A DNA stretch of 64,000 bases from a virus (Duplodnaviria; Caudoviricetes): IMG/VR virus record IMGVR_UViG_3300027819_000006; one strand, given 5' to 3'. A program made the translations under genes and the position numbers. The notes under the pieces are model-generated. The model worked only from the letters and a program-made list of their open reading frames with translations. It ran no database searches and was not told where the DNA came from. The number at the start of each line of letters is the position of its first letter. Position 1 is the stretch's first letter. This document shows, piece after piece, positions 31,834 through 41,363 of the stretch.

Positions 31834-32283
31834 CTATGAAAGAGGTTCATATACTACTATTCTACATTCACAATCTGAAAGTGTTAACTCGATTTGTTCT
31901 TTAACTGTTTTCCATTCTAAATTGCCTAATCCACAGCCTAATGCTGGAATTGCTATTGATTCAATATTTAACCTGCTCATTTCAGCTTTCATAGCAGTCA
32001 GTCCTTGAGTAATATATTCCATTTTAGAATCATCTTTAAAATGATCTTTTGTAGGAAAATTGACAATGTAGACAAAATCTCTATCTAGATTATGAGTAAC
32101 TAGAACTCTACCAGTAGTCAGCTCATCTTCTACACAAGCATCATAATATTCTTTGAAATTATCTGGATATCTGATCCTAAATTGTTTTGCCAGACCTGCT
32201 CCCATTACACCTACACAATTTACAGTATTCACAATAGCTTGAGTTCCAGCATCAAAAATGTTACCTTTAGTGTAAGTTATCAT
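31834..32283 (-). CDS. Macro domain protein (DarG-N-like ADP-ribosylhydrolase)
   Basis: GNIF, IVNTVNCVGVMGAGLA, IVNFPTK, SIAIPALGCGLG. Confidence 0.88.
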   Translation of the reverse strand: MITYTKGNIFDAGTQAIVNTVNCVGVMGAGLAKQFRIRYPDNFKEYYDACVEDELTTGRVLVTHNLDRDFVYIVNFPTKDHFKDDSKMEYITQGLTAMKAEMSRLNIESIAIPALGCGLGNLEWKTVKEQIELTLSDCECRIVVYEPLS

Positions 32284-32391
32284 GTTTTGCTCCTTATTTT
32301 GTCATAGACATCTGTGAAGCATGAAAATGTACAGTATTCACAAAAATTAATGATTTAATAAACAATAAAAAATTTTAACATAGCAAAAACT

Positions 32392-32703
32392 CTATATTCG
32401 TGTTAATATCAGATAGTTTAGTTGCTGATTTGAAATTACTTGATTTGCTAATTTTCTATTTATGACAACATCAGATTTGCCATATCTATTTTTCAGAACT
32501 CTGACTCCTCTGTTCAAGAACACAAAAACTACATCATTCATTTCTAAATCTATGTTCTGTTTTATAGCAGCTAAGTTTTGTGCAATGTCTTGTTGATTGT
32601 TAGCTCTGTTAACTCTTCGAATTAAATCATTTTCATGAATACAGAGTATTTTCATTTCACAACCTTTCTGCAGTAATCGTACATTGCTATTGCTGAGGCA
32701 CAT
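32392..32703 (-). CDS. hypothetical protein
   Basis: ORF; true start is probably the internal MKIL. Confidence 0.5.
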   Translation of the reverse strand: MCLSNSNVRLLQKGCEMKILCIHENDLIRRVNRANNQQDIAQNLAAIKQNIDLEMNDVVFVFLNRGVRVLKNRYGKSDVVINRKLANQVISNQQLNYLILTRI

Positions 32704-33179
32704 CCCACGTTAAGAGATCTAATAGACCCCTGCATTCTGATAAAAATTATATCATTACACATGTCTAAAATATCTTTTGAAATTCCCAGCTGTTCTTCTC
32801 CAAATAACATTAGAACATGTTTATCTGCTTGCCATTCATAAGTCTCTATGGACTTTGAATTCTCTACATTATCAATCCCAACTGTATAGAATTGTTTGAA
32901 AAATGTTTCTAAATCTGTATCTATTGGCAAGTGTACAATCTTTTCATAGTGATTAGTTCCTACACAACCTCTTCTGTCAAATCTTTTGTTGCCATAGATA
33001 AATATTTGTTTAGCTAGAAATGCGTTGCAGTTACGAACGATAGATCCTAAATTGAAATCGTGGTGAATATTTACACAGAATACAGAAAAATTGTGTCTCT
33101 TTGCATCAAGGTCTGAAATTATTTCAGAATGAAGCCAATAATGATAGTAGTTGCAGATATTTCTGGTTTCTTTTTGCAT
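32652..33179 (-). CDS. SpoU/TrmH family RNA 2'-O-methyltransferase
   Basis: NLGSIVR, LFGEEQLGI, SLNVGCASAIAMY (SPOUT motifs). Confidence 0.85.
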   Translation of the reverse strand: MQKETRNICNYYHYWLHSEIISDLDAKRHNFSVFCVNIHHDFNLGSIVRNCNAFLAKQIFIYGNKRFDRRGCVGTNHYEKIVHLPIDTDLETFFKQFYTVGIDNVENSKSIETYEWQADKHVLMLFGEEQLGISKDILDMCNDIIFIRMQGSIRSLNVGCASAIAMYDYCRKVVK

Positions 33180-33200
33180 TATAAAACCCTTTAGATAAAT

Positions 33201-33506
33201 TTAATCTATATCCTCTTCTGATTCACACATTTCAATGAGCCCAGTGAAAATATCTATCAACTTGTTTGAAAAGTTGTTGATTGCAAAACCAATATCTGTT
33301 GCAACTTTACTTGAGAACTGTTCTACTATCTGTAGCTGCTCAACCTGATGTCTTTTTGTTATTTGGCAAATACGCTTGAGAAAAACTGCTTTCTGTTCAT
33401 CGGTAATAGATTCAATGACAAAATCATCTTCTGGTTCATTGATCATATAGCTCATGATATCAACTCTTTCTCTTAAAAGAAACTGCAGGATAGACCTTGA
33501 CATCAA
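33201..33506 (-). CDS. hypothetical protein
   Basis: 101-aa ORF. Confidence 0.5.
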   Translation of the reverse strand: MMSRSILQFLLRERVDIMSYMINEPEDDFVIESITDEQKAVFLKRICQITKRHQVEQLQIVEQFSSKVATDIGFAINNFSNKLIDIFTGLIEMCESEEDID

Positions 33507-33831
33507 AAACTTCAGAATTCACTGTATCTGAAACATCTAAATTTTTCTTGAGTTCCTTTGAAATTGAATGAGAAACTTTTGTTTCGACATACTTGCTATA
33601 CATATCACCAAAGAAAGATTTTAAAACATTCTCATCATTACTTTTGAAACTGAAAGACTTCCTCCAGAGAATTTCACAAATTGCAGTATCACCATCAAAA
33701 AGAGCTTTTGTACTATTAGATTTTTCAATCATACAAGATCTAATTTGTCCAAGTCTAAATGACAATTCTGCAATTTGATCTTGAATGTCAATAGCTTCAT
33801 CGATCAATCTTGCAATAGAGTCTGAATTCAT
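33460..33831 (-). CDS. hypothetical protein
   Basis: 123-aa ORF with a GGAG RBS. Confidence 0.55.
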   Translation of the reverse strand: MNSDSIARLIDEAIDIQDQIAELSFRLGQIRSCMIEKSNSTKALFDGDTAICEILWRKSFSFKSNDENVLKSFFGDMYSKYVETKVSHSISKELKKNLDVSDTVNSEVFDVKVYPAVSFKRKS

Positions 33832-33842
33832 TTTATAACTCC

Positions 33843-34043
33843 TTAACGAGAGTCATCCATCATTGCAAAAGCTTGCCCATTTTCCACAATCCACATTCCA
33901 TACTTGTCTTTTGGCAGTTTACGATTCAGATATTCAACCTTGATAGTAGCAGATTTTTCAGAAAGTTCGCTATAAAGAGTTCTGAGATATTGATAATTTC
34001 CATTCTTCATTTGCAAGTAGAGATTGACATCGAAGAGTCTCAT
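33843..34043 (-). CDS. hypothetical protein
   Basis: 66-aa ORF. Confidence 0.45.
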   Translation of the reverse strand: MRLFDVNLYLQMKNGNYQYLRTLYSELSEKSATIKVEYLNRKLPKDKYGMWIVENGQAFAMMDDSR

Positions 34044-34054
34044 TTTTTCTTATC

Positions 34055-34282
34055 CTATGAGATGAGATTCATTACTACATCTTCTCTAAAGCTATAAACA
34101 TTTTTTGGACATATTGGGCTATCATCAGAAGTTATAGCTTTTATAATACCCGTCTTAAAAAGATTTGTAGATAGTACTGTATATTCAACTCCATCAACAT
34201 AAAACTTTTTTCCTAACGGAGAACCCTTACCATTAAAGCGCTTTTCAGTAAGATTTTTAAAATATTCCTCTAGATTGTTCAT
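34055..34282 (-). CDS. hypothetical protein
   Basis: 75-aa ORF directly after a promoter and a GGAG RBS. Confidence 0.55.
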   Translation of the reverse strand: MNNLEEYFKNLTEKRFNGKGSPLGKKFYVDGVEYTVLSTNLFKTGIIKAITSDDSPICPKNVYSFREDVVMNLIS

Positions 34283-34324
34283 TTGAATTCTCCCGTTTAA
34301 GTTATAACCATTTTGTAATGTTTA

Positions 34325-34353
34325 AATATAAACAATCTATGAACGAATGTAAA
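34325..34353 (-). promoter_or_regulatory. sigma70-like early promoter
   Basis: TTTACA-17-TATATT. Confidence 0.75.
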
Positions 34354-34424
34354 CAAAAAAGATTAAACTCCGACAAAATAATTCATCAGAGCTTTTAATT
34401 TTCTACCTTATTCACAGATAAAAT

Positions 34425-34862
34425 CTATCTCAAAACAATTTCTCTGATCTTTTGCTTAACTTCTTCTCTATTAAGATTTATATCATGCTCCCAAAATCTT
34501 AGCAATTGAAACCCTCTCTTTCTAGCTAACCAATTTTTGACAACATCATTTCTTTTATTCTTCAATTGCATATAATTCTTATTTTCATTCATCTCATCAG
34601 AACCATGCCAATAATCTCCATCAACTTCTATAAGGATGTTTTTGCTCAGAATTCTAAAGTCATATACTTTCCAGCTATTGATGAAATTTATTGGATACTC
34701 AATTTCAAATTCTATTCCAAGCTCTGTTAAAATGCAAGACATCTCTTCTTCTGGAGCAGTTCTTTTTCTATTCTTTCTTTGTGGTTCTCTAAAAGTAACT
34801 CTGCCTTCTTTTCTCTTGTTTTTCAGAAATTTTACAAATGTCTTCTTAAAGCCTCTCTTCAA
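34425..34862 (-). CDS. Stand-alone Vsr/DUF559 endonuclease-domain protein
   Basis: TAPE, VYDF, IEVDGDYWH, LLRFWE. Confidence 0.8.
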   Translation of the reverse strand: MKRGFKKTFVKFLKNKRKEGRVTFREPQRKNRKRTAPEEEMSCILTELGIEFEIEYPINFINSWKVYDFRILSKNILIEVDGDYWHGSDEMNENKNYMQLKNKRNDVVKNWLARKRGFQLLRFWEHDINLNREEVKQKIREIVLR

Positions 34863-34871
34863 GCATAATCT

Positions 34872-35300
34872 CTATTTTGATCCCTCAGGAGATTCATCAG
34901 GATCTATGATCTTACCTAAATTTTCAGAAACATGATTTGATGCATTCTGTATCATGTCATTTATCATGGCATTTCCGCCTCCAGGAACTTGTTCTGCTAT
35001 CAGACTAAGTTTGGTTTCTACATCTTGTCTAGCTATAAATCTCTGTAATACCTCAAATAAATATACTTGAGCTTCACAGAAATTAGCTTGTGCACTCTTG
35101 ATTCTCTTACACTGTTCAAGAATTTCCATTGGATCAGTTAAATCTAAAAATTCTCTTTTTGTAGATAGTAATTGTAGAGCTGCATATACGTTGTCTAATT
35201 GGTTTTTGACACTGTCATATATTTGAGTTACAGAACTGATTGTTAGATTAACATCTAATCTTTGTTCTTTATTTACATTTTTACCATTGCTTTTTTTCAT
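34872..35300 (-). CDS. hypothetical protein
   Basis: 142-aa ORF. Confidence 0.55.
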   Translation of the reverse strand: MKKSNGKNVNKEQRLDVNLTISSVTQIYDSVKNQLDNVYAALQLLSTKREFLDLTDPMEILEQCKRIKSAQANFCEAQVYLFEVLQRFIARQDVETKLSLIAEQVPGGGNAMINDMIQNASNHVSENLGKIIDPDESPEGSK

Positions 35301-35318
35301 TATATAGCTTTCTATTTG

Positions 35319-35912
35319 CTAAAATTGTTTAATATATGTGAATGATGCTCTTCTAAGTACTTTGTCAGCATAATTTGTAGTGCTAAATTTGTTTCCTTTA
35401 TTGTATCTCTCTAATGCTCTTACTAGATTATTGTTTTCTATTTTCAGACACCACTCTAAATGATTGATACCTGCTTTCAGATTTTCTTTTGTATTGTACA
35501 GATCATAACCTCTTACTCCATATATTTCAGCTGTAGCAGGTTTTACTTGCATCAGACCACGAGCATTTTTATTAGATTTACTATTTGTATTGAAATCTGA
35601 TTCTATGCTGATAATGCTGAAAACTATTGCAGGATTGATTTTCTTGTTTGTAGACATAAAATAGATGTATATAGCAAGAGTAGTATCAATTTTAAATTCT
35701 TTGGCATAAAGTTTAGATTTATTTATATGTTGTTCGAGTATTTTTGTTCTATGTTCTATGTCCTGTATTTTAGAGTTCAGTTCTGATATCTTTGTATTAT
35801 TTTTATCGATAATTTCTAATTTCTTTATGTAGCTCAAGCTACACACCATAAAGACAAAAATAATAAATACAGATAGAGAAATCTTTATAGTGAATAGAGC
35901 TTTAAACAGCAT
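35319..35912 (-). CDS. Membrane-anchored lytic transglycosylase (SLT)
   Basis: N-terminal TM helix and coiled coil; IESDF, ARGLMQV, ALERYNKG. Confidence 0.85.
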   Translation of the reverse strand: MLFKALFTIKISLSVFIIFVFMVCSLSYIKKLEIIDKNNTKISELNSKIQDIEHRTKILEQHINKSKLYAKEFKIDTTLAIYIYFMSTNKKINPAIVFSIISIESDFNTNSKSNKNARGLMQVKPATAEIYGVRGYDLYNTKENLKAGINHLEWCLKIENNNLVRALERYNKGNKFSTTNYADKVLRRASFTYIKQF

Positions 35913-36636
35913 TTTCTAGAGTAATAAAAAAATCTTTTTCTAAATTTAAATTAGAAGCATGACAAATTCCAGAGCCATTAACAATAGCTAAACGTCTAGC
36001 CTTTACATCAGAAATCCATTTAGGATTTGCAGTTTCTGCTCTTTTAATAGCTATTATAGTAAGTTTTTGAACTTCATCAGTTATATTCTGTTTTACAAAA
36101 GTTTGCAATATATCTAATTTCATTGTATCAGAAATTCCACCTTGCTGTGTTCTCAAATCGAAGAACATCGCTGCCGCTCTTTGAGACTTAACCTGGTATA
36201 TTGGCATCATAGCCAAAGCTTTATCAAATACATTTTTAGCAACTTTCAACTGAATTTGTTGCATTTCATTAGTCTGACCTAATTTATAGAATCTATCTTT
36301 CCATTCTGGTAATATTTTATTATTTGTTTGTATTGCAGCTGACCAAGCTACTTGTGATTGTATATCTGTTTTATTCAACATCTCTTTAAAAGTAGCCGAA
36401 CCATTGCCAAAAATATTATCTACTATAGCACTATGACTCTGAATCATTTCTTTTAAAAGTGGTTGTAATGATCCTTGTCCTAAACAAAATTGTAAACATC
36501 CAAATGAAAAACCTTGTCCGTCAAAATTTCCACTCATGCCACTATAACTTTCAAGTGGCATTTTACCTGTCTCTATAAAACTTGTAAGAGCTACACACTT
36601 CTCTAATAATGTAGAGTCTTTATTTAATCTATTCAT
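35902..36636 (-). CDS. Lysozyme-like peptidoglycan hydrolase (putative endolysin)
   Basis: FIE...YSGMSGNFDGQGFSFGCLQ pattern; adjacent to SLT; ATG at 36636 follows a GGAG RBS. Confidence 0.55.
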   Translation of the reverse strand: MNRLNKDSTLLEKCVALTSFIETGKMPLESYSGMSGNFDGQGFSFGCLQFCLGQGSLQPLLKEMIQSHSAIVDNIFGNGSATFKEMLNKTDIQSQVAWSAAIQTNNKILPEWKDRFYKLGQTNEMQQIQLKVAKNVFDKALAMMPIYQVKSQRAAAMFFDLRTQQGGISDTMKLDILQTFVKQNITDEVQKLTIIAIKRAETANPKWISDVKARRLAIVNGSGICHASNLNLEKDFFITLENAV

Positions 36637-37477
36637 ATAATTCTCCAAAGTTTATTAACATCACTTTCCCATATTCTAACTAATTTATAACCATATTTTT
36701 TAGCTAATTCATTTTTTAATTGATCTATTTCTATTTTTATTTTCTGAAATTCGTTTACTGGTCCATTTGGATAATATTCAGGATTACAATGATGATAATT
36801 GCCGTCTACTTCTACTAGTATATTAAAATCTTGTAAATAAAAATCATAATATCTGTTTTCGATCTTGAATTGATTTTCATACCTAATATTACTTTCTATA
36901 TTTTTTCTACTGATTCTTCTACTTTTGAAGTTCTTCTATGCCAATCTTTAGCTACTTTTTCTTTCCACATTTTTTCAGCTATTTCTATACCAAAACTTTT
37001 AGCCCAAAAATCTTTGACTGTTTTGCCATACATCACATTCTTTGAACCTTTTTTATCATCTGACATTTTTAGCAATCTATCATCTGTATTCTTATTTAAC
37101 CCGTCATTCCAGTTTTTACCACCATTTTCATAAAATAAAATCATGCCTGCAGAAGTTTTATTTCCATGTATTTTTACTCTCTCATCTGTTTCTTTTGTAA
37201 GACCTTTATTCCAAGCACCCGATTTGACAAAACCAATTTTTAAAATGCTATTACGACATCCATAACATCTATTATTAGGTCCTTTCACTTCTTTATTACA
37301 GTCATTTTCTATACATTTATATTTATCTAATTTCAGAATTTCAAACCAATATTTTTTAGAATTTACCTTATGTTTTGCTCCAACATGACCAAATAAAGCA
37401 TTATAGCTTTTGAAAACTTTCTTGCAAATAAAACATGATGGTAGTGGATTATTACTTTTATATTCACTTATATTCAA
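36633..37477 (-). CDS. Zn-finger/NUMOD3 + Vsr endonuclease (frameshift near 36900)
   Basis: WNKGLTKET and WNDGLNKNT repeats; the shifted frame continues YYDFYLQD..LVEVDGNYHH...LVRIWE...LWRII*. Confidence 0.8.
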
Positions 37478-37497
37478 TCTATTTCTCCTATAATAAA

Positions 37498-37583
37498 AGC
37501 CAAGCAATTGTAATCTACAATAGACTATGAATCTAGTAGTTGCTTGGCTCAAACTATTGGTTAAGTTTATTGTAGATTACAAT
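37498..37583 (-). promoter_or_regulatory. Structured two-stem leader, copy 2
   Basis: Inverted repeats 37498-37507/37540-37549 and 37507-37522/37568-37583. Confidence 0.75.
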
Positions 37584-37619
37584 ATAAATATATTTATAAG
37601 AGAAATAAATGCAAATCAC

Positions 37620-37769
37620 TCACTGCTGGATAGGGCCATACGAAATTCCCATGAGATCGAAATTTCCAGAAATGCAGCTGTAACACTCGGGTGGCATCTT
37701 ACTGTTTTCAATAAATCCAGTGAGACAGACTACCTTTTCTAATAGAGATGAATCTTTAGTTAATTTCAA
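37620..37769 (-). pseudogene. Truncated duplicate N-terminus of the lysozyme-like gene
   Basis: MKLTKDSSLLEKVVCLTGFIENSKMPPECYSCISGNFDLMGISYGPIQQ*; 29 of 48 residues identical to the start of 35902..36636. Confidence 0.9.
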
Positions 37770-37815
37770 ATTAACTCTCCATATTAATTGTTCAATATAA
37801 ATATATAATGCTAAT

Positions 37816-38115
37816 CTATAATGTCAGAACAGTATAGTCTCTTAACATTTGTCTGAACGGTGAAACTTTCTTTTTAGGATACAACTCTTCATCAGCTTTC
37901 ACAAAATCTTCATATTGTAGAGTAACAATATTCATATATTCGACATAGTCCATATCTTCTTTATTAACTTTCAGTTGTTTTACTCTTTCATTTTTAATCT
38001 GTACAGCTCTTTCTGCTATTTTTACTCTTTTAGCATAAACTGCGTTATCAAAATGAGCCACAATTGTTGGCATAAAAGCTATCAATATGAAAAGAACAAT
38101 GCAAGCTATGATCAT
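37816..38115 (-). CDS. hypothetical membrane protein
   Basis: N-terminal hydrophobic helix. Confidence 0.55.
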   Translation of the reverse strand: MIIACIVLFILIAFMPTIVAHFDNAVYAKRVKIAERAVQIKNERVKQLKVNKEDMDYVEYMNIVTLQYEDFVKADEELYPKKKVSPFRQMLRDYTVLTL

Positions 38116-38132
38116 TTCTATACTCCTCTTAT

Positions 38133-38181
38133 GTGAACTAATTCCACCTAAAGGTTGGAATCTTTCTTTTTGAAATTTTAT
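38133..38181 (-). mobile_element. 49-bp left-end/right-end relic of the IS605-like element at 59599..60995
   Basis: TCAAAAAGAAAGATTCC matches the element left end; CCTTTAGGTGGAATTAGTTCAC matches the right end; preceded by TTAC. Confidence 0.7.
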
Positions 38182-38558
38182 GTAAAATAAGCAATTGCTA
38201 AATAGTTACACAACAAATGAAATGTATTATCTGTAACAATGTAGACTAACCACTTAATAGATTCTATTCTGTCTGATCTCAGACCAGTGATTTCACAAAC
38301 TTTATGTTCATCAATACAATCTACATACATGTTTCTGAATTTGCAGAAAAATTTAGCCAATGAAAATCTATCTAGAATGAAATGACTGCTGAAAATTAGC
38401 AATACAGAAGCATAAGATAGATGTAGAAAATAAGCAAATGGAAGACTATATGTTATACAGTGAGTAATACAGATAAGAGAATCTTTAGACTTGTTTAAAG
38501 CCATTCTCTCAGTTTGCAACAGATAGTCTCCAACTAGATGACAGAGTAATTGTAACAT
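38178..38558 (-). CDS. DUF3307-like membrane protein
   Basis: CHLVGDYLLQ, HCITY, HFILDR, DNTFH. Confidence 0.7.
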   Translation of the reverse strand: MLQLLCHLVGDYLLQTERMALNKSKDSLICITHCITYSLPFAYFLHLSYASVLLIFSSHFILDRFSLAKFFCKFRNMYVDCIDEHKVCEITGLRSDRIESIKWLVYIVTDNTFHLLCNYLAIAYFT

Positions 38559-38756
38559 TTAATCTCTCTTCTTGATTATTGTTATATCTAGTGCAGTTTT
38601 CAAATAAAACATGACTGCAGGAATTGGTCCAATTACTAGAGAAATCAATATAGTAAAAATTATATCAAACAACGTTAAATCATACTTTTTTGAATCAGAT
38701 ATGATATTGAATGCAATTCCAGATATAGCCCATATAATATAAAGTAAGATTGACAT
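38559..38756 (-). CDS. small membrane protein
   Basis: Two hydrophobic helices. Confidence 0.5.
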   Translation of the reverse strand: MSILLYIIWAISGIAFNIISDSKKYDLTLFDIIFTILISLVIGPIPAVMFYLKTALDITIIKKRD

Positions 38757-39640
38757 TTATCCATTCTCCTGTAAATAATCATTTGTGATTTCTACTAATA
38801 GTTTGTCTATGGCTTTATCATTTGGTGAATACGGCAGATCACTAGTTTCATACAGCTCTTCCATTTCTTTATCATATTTCTCAGCAATTTCTATGATCTC
38901 TTCATATGTATATTTACCATTTCTAATAGCTAACAGTTCTTCTCTGTCATGCTCTCTGTAAGTAATAACTTGTTTATCTCTGTATTTCTATACCCATTCT
39001 CATGAGTCTGAAAAGATGAACACAGTGTTTTGTATCTACTTTATATTTTTCCTCTAACTCTGCTCTTTCTTTATTTCTGTTTTGCTTCCAATGCTCATAC
39101 TGTTCATATTTCTTTTTAGCATTCTCATATGCATCTTTATCAAAATAGTATCCGCCATTTTTAGTATATTCTTTTGGAATATCAAACATATTTGTTTCTA
39201 GCTTTTTCAGGTATTTCTCTGGTTCTGGCTTTGGCGGAGGATTATCTATCCAAACTTTATGCCCTTTTACTCTCTTAAGTTGACTATATGCGTAACCTGC
39301 GAAGCGGTGACGTGCTAATTTTGATAAAAATATATCTCTATTGTCAACCAATCTTTGTCCATTTGTCGCAGAATAGAATATTTTTAGGGTGTGAAAATAA
39401 AAGTTCTAAAACATTGGGATTGCAGTCTCTTGCAAGCTGAACAAACTTGTTTATAGAATATATTACAGTATCTGGCTCTTTATATTCTTGTTGCTCAAAT
39501 TTGTGCAGTCCATAGTAGAATTCTCGAGGTGCTATGCAAATCCCACGTATGTCTTCATCTGACAAAGAAGTAGAAATTCCATAGCCTATGCTGCCAGATA
39601 TACATTTGAAAATAGTTCTTTTTTCAATCCAATCAAACAT
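38757..39640 (-). CDS. Pol-beta-type nucleotidyltransferase, broken by two frameshifts
   Basis: GSIGYG...SDEDIRG, CNPNVLELL, FAGYAYSQL, HLFRLMRMG, then a shifted frame ELLAIRNGKY. Confidence 0.75.
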
Positions 39641-39842
39641 TTTTAATCCTTGTCATAAAATCTACAACAGCTACAGAAATATTTTGTAACAATTCTAATA
39701 GTTGTGTTTTAATTTTATCGTTGAAATCTTTAGAATCAAAAATGTAAGCGTTCATTTTCTTTATTTCATCTGGAATAGTTATAAGATTCTCAGACATAGC
39801 TGACTCCTTTGAAAGTTTTTAGCAACCATTTTGTAATGTTTA

Positions 39843-39871
39843 AATATAAACAATTTGCTATGAAAAGTAAA
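39843..39871 (-). promoter_or_regulatory. sigma70-like early promoter
   Basis: TTTACT-17-TATATT. Confidence 0.7.
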
Positions 39872-39880
39872 CAGATATTT

Positions 39881-40048
39881 TTAAACATCAATTATGGACT
39901 CTAAATAGTAATTTGGTAACATATCTTTGTTCATTTTCAAAATATTGTTAAAACATGAATCTAAAATGTAAGTATTTGCATAATCTGTATCATTTCTTAT
40001 AGATCTACCGCAGCCTTGAAGTATCTCGACGATCGTCTTCCACTGATA
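39881..40048 (-). pseudogene. Orphan duplicate C-terminus of the DinG-like helicase
   Basis: YQWKTIVEILQGCGRSIRNDTDYANTYILDSCFNNILKMNKDMLPNYYLESIIDV*; 36 of 55 residues identical to the end of 41364..42977. Confidence 0.92.
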
Positions 40049-40052
40049 ATTG

Positions 40053-41237
40053 CTATTTGCAGCTGCTTTCTTTGTCAGAGGGATTATAAACTCCTCTGTG
40101 CAGAATGTTTAAAGCAGCATTATAGTCTGCATCTAAACTTAGACCGCATTCCAGACATAAAAATTTATCTAATTTCCTATTTTCTTTATGTTTGAATCCA
40201 CATGAAGAACATTCCTGACTAGTATAGAAAGAAGAAACTTTCTTCAACTCTATACCCTGTTCTTCACACATCGACTGTAATTTTGAAATAGTTTTTGTAT
40301 AAGACCAATATTGCATTTTATTATTCATTTTCTTAGAATATTTTGATTTGTGTTTTACATTTTTCAAATCTTCTAAAACAACAATGGAGTTATTATAAAA
40401 ATCAATTTTATTGCATATTTCATTGATCTTATTATCTTTAAAAATAAGATATTGCTTATAATTTATAGACCCTCGTTTCATATTTGATAATTTAGTATAC
40501 AATTGTTTCATTTCTACACCATAGACATCATTGTTTGAAGAAACTAGAAGCTTATCATACCCGATGTCAAAAGCAACAGCAGCTTGCTGTTGTTTCAGCA
40601 TTATTTCTTTTTCATAAATAAATGTAATATAAAAATTACCATGTATTTTTCTTAGCAATATCGTATTTTTTCTATTCCAATTTTTGTATTTTAAAGATTG
40701 TTTATGTTGTTTGATAGGTAGATTAATTTTAAAAGCTCTTCTTTTGCTTTTTAAATATGGTAATTTTATGCCTATAAATTCATCAAAATGAGATGAAGAT
40801 TTATCATAACTTATAATTCTATAATCCATATTTATGCATATGTTTTTTATATTGATTCGTATTCTTGAAAATATATGATTTAATCGAAGCTCTGAAAATC
40901 TTTTACTCAGAAATTTTAACTGTCTATTATTTTTAGCGAAATATTTATAGCATTTTTTATATCTACTATATCTTTTATTTCTAGCATATCTAATATTAGA
41001 GCGTATTATTTCAGAAGCTTGTTTATGTATTATCTGTTTCCATCTTGAGTGTATTATTATGTTTGAGCTAACAGATTCAAAAAATTTAGCACTATTTAAG
41101 TCTGGTTTTTGCTTCAATATTTGTTCTATATAAAATATAAGATCTGTTTTATAGTCTTCAAAAACTTGCTCTAGCTGCTCTATCTTATTCTTATTAGAAA
41201 ATTTTAAAATGTGAGTGCTGCTTCTTTTTATAATCAA
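40053..41237 (-). CDS. tnpB: TnpB / Cas12f-like RNA-guided nuclease
   Basis: RuvC-I AFDIG, RuvC-II VLEDL, Zn finger CSSC..CLEC, RuvC-III DADYNAALNI; no tnpA nearby. Confidence 0.9.
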   Translation of the reverse strand: MIIKRSSTHILKFSNKNKIEQLEQVFEDYKTDLIFYIEQILKQKPDLNSAKFFESVSSNIIIHSRWKQIIHKQASEIIRSNIRYARNKRYSRYKKCYKYFAKNNRQLKFLSKRFSELRLNHIFSRIRINIKNICINMDYRIISYDKSSSHFDEFIGIKLPYLKSKRRAFKINLPIKQHKQSLKYKNWNRKNTILLRKIHGNFYITFIYEKEIMLKQQQAAVAFDIGYDKLLVSSNNDVYGVEMKQLYTKLSNMKRGSINYKQYLIFKDNKINEICNKIDFYNNSIVVLEDLKNVKHKSKYSKKMNNKMQYWSYTKTISKLQSMCEEQGIELKKVSSFYTSQECSSCGFKHKENRKLDKFLCLECGLSLDADYNAALNILHRGVYNPSDKESSCK

Positions 41238-41257
41238 GTATATATCTCAAATAAAAA

Positions 41258-41334
41258 TGCCAAGTATTGGATCTTAAAAGACTATATGTCTAAAGATACT
41301 TGGCAGTTGATGTCAAGCCTTTTAAGATCCAATA
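41258..41334 (-). promoter_or_regulatory. Structured two-stem leader, copy 3 (in front of tnpB)
   Basis: Inverted repeats 41258-41267/41296-41305 and 41265-41280/41319-41334; inner AGAC-N5-GTCT hairpin. Confidence 0.8.
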
Positions 41335-41363
41335 ATAAATATGAAATATAGAATAATGCAATA

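Noticed and set aside
32392-32703. VRVLKNRYG resembling a DnaB C-terminal motif
   Set aside because: It is a single short motif with no other helicase features and is not next to a nuclease cassette.
37617-37740. GC-richer, foldable stretch that looked like an ncRNA or riboswitch
   Set aside because: It translates cleanly as a diverged copy of the lysozyme N-terminus with its own RBS.
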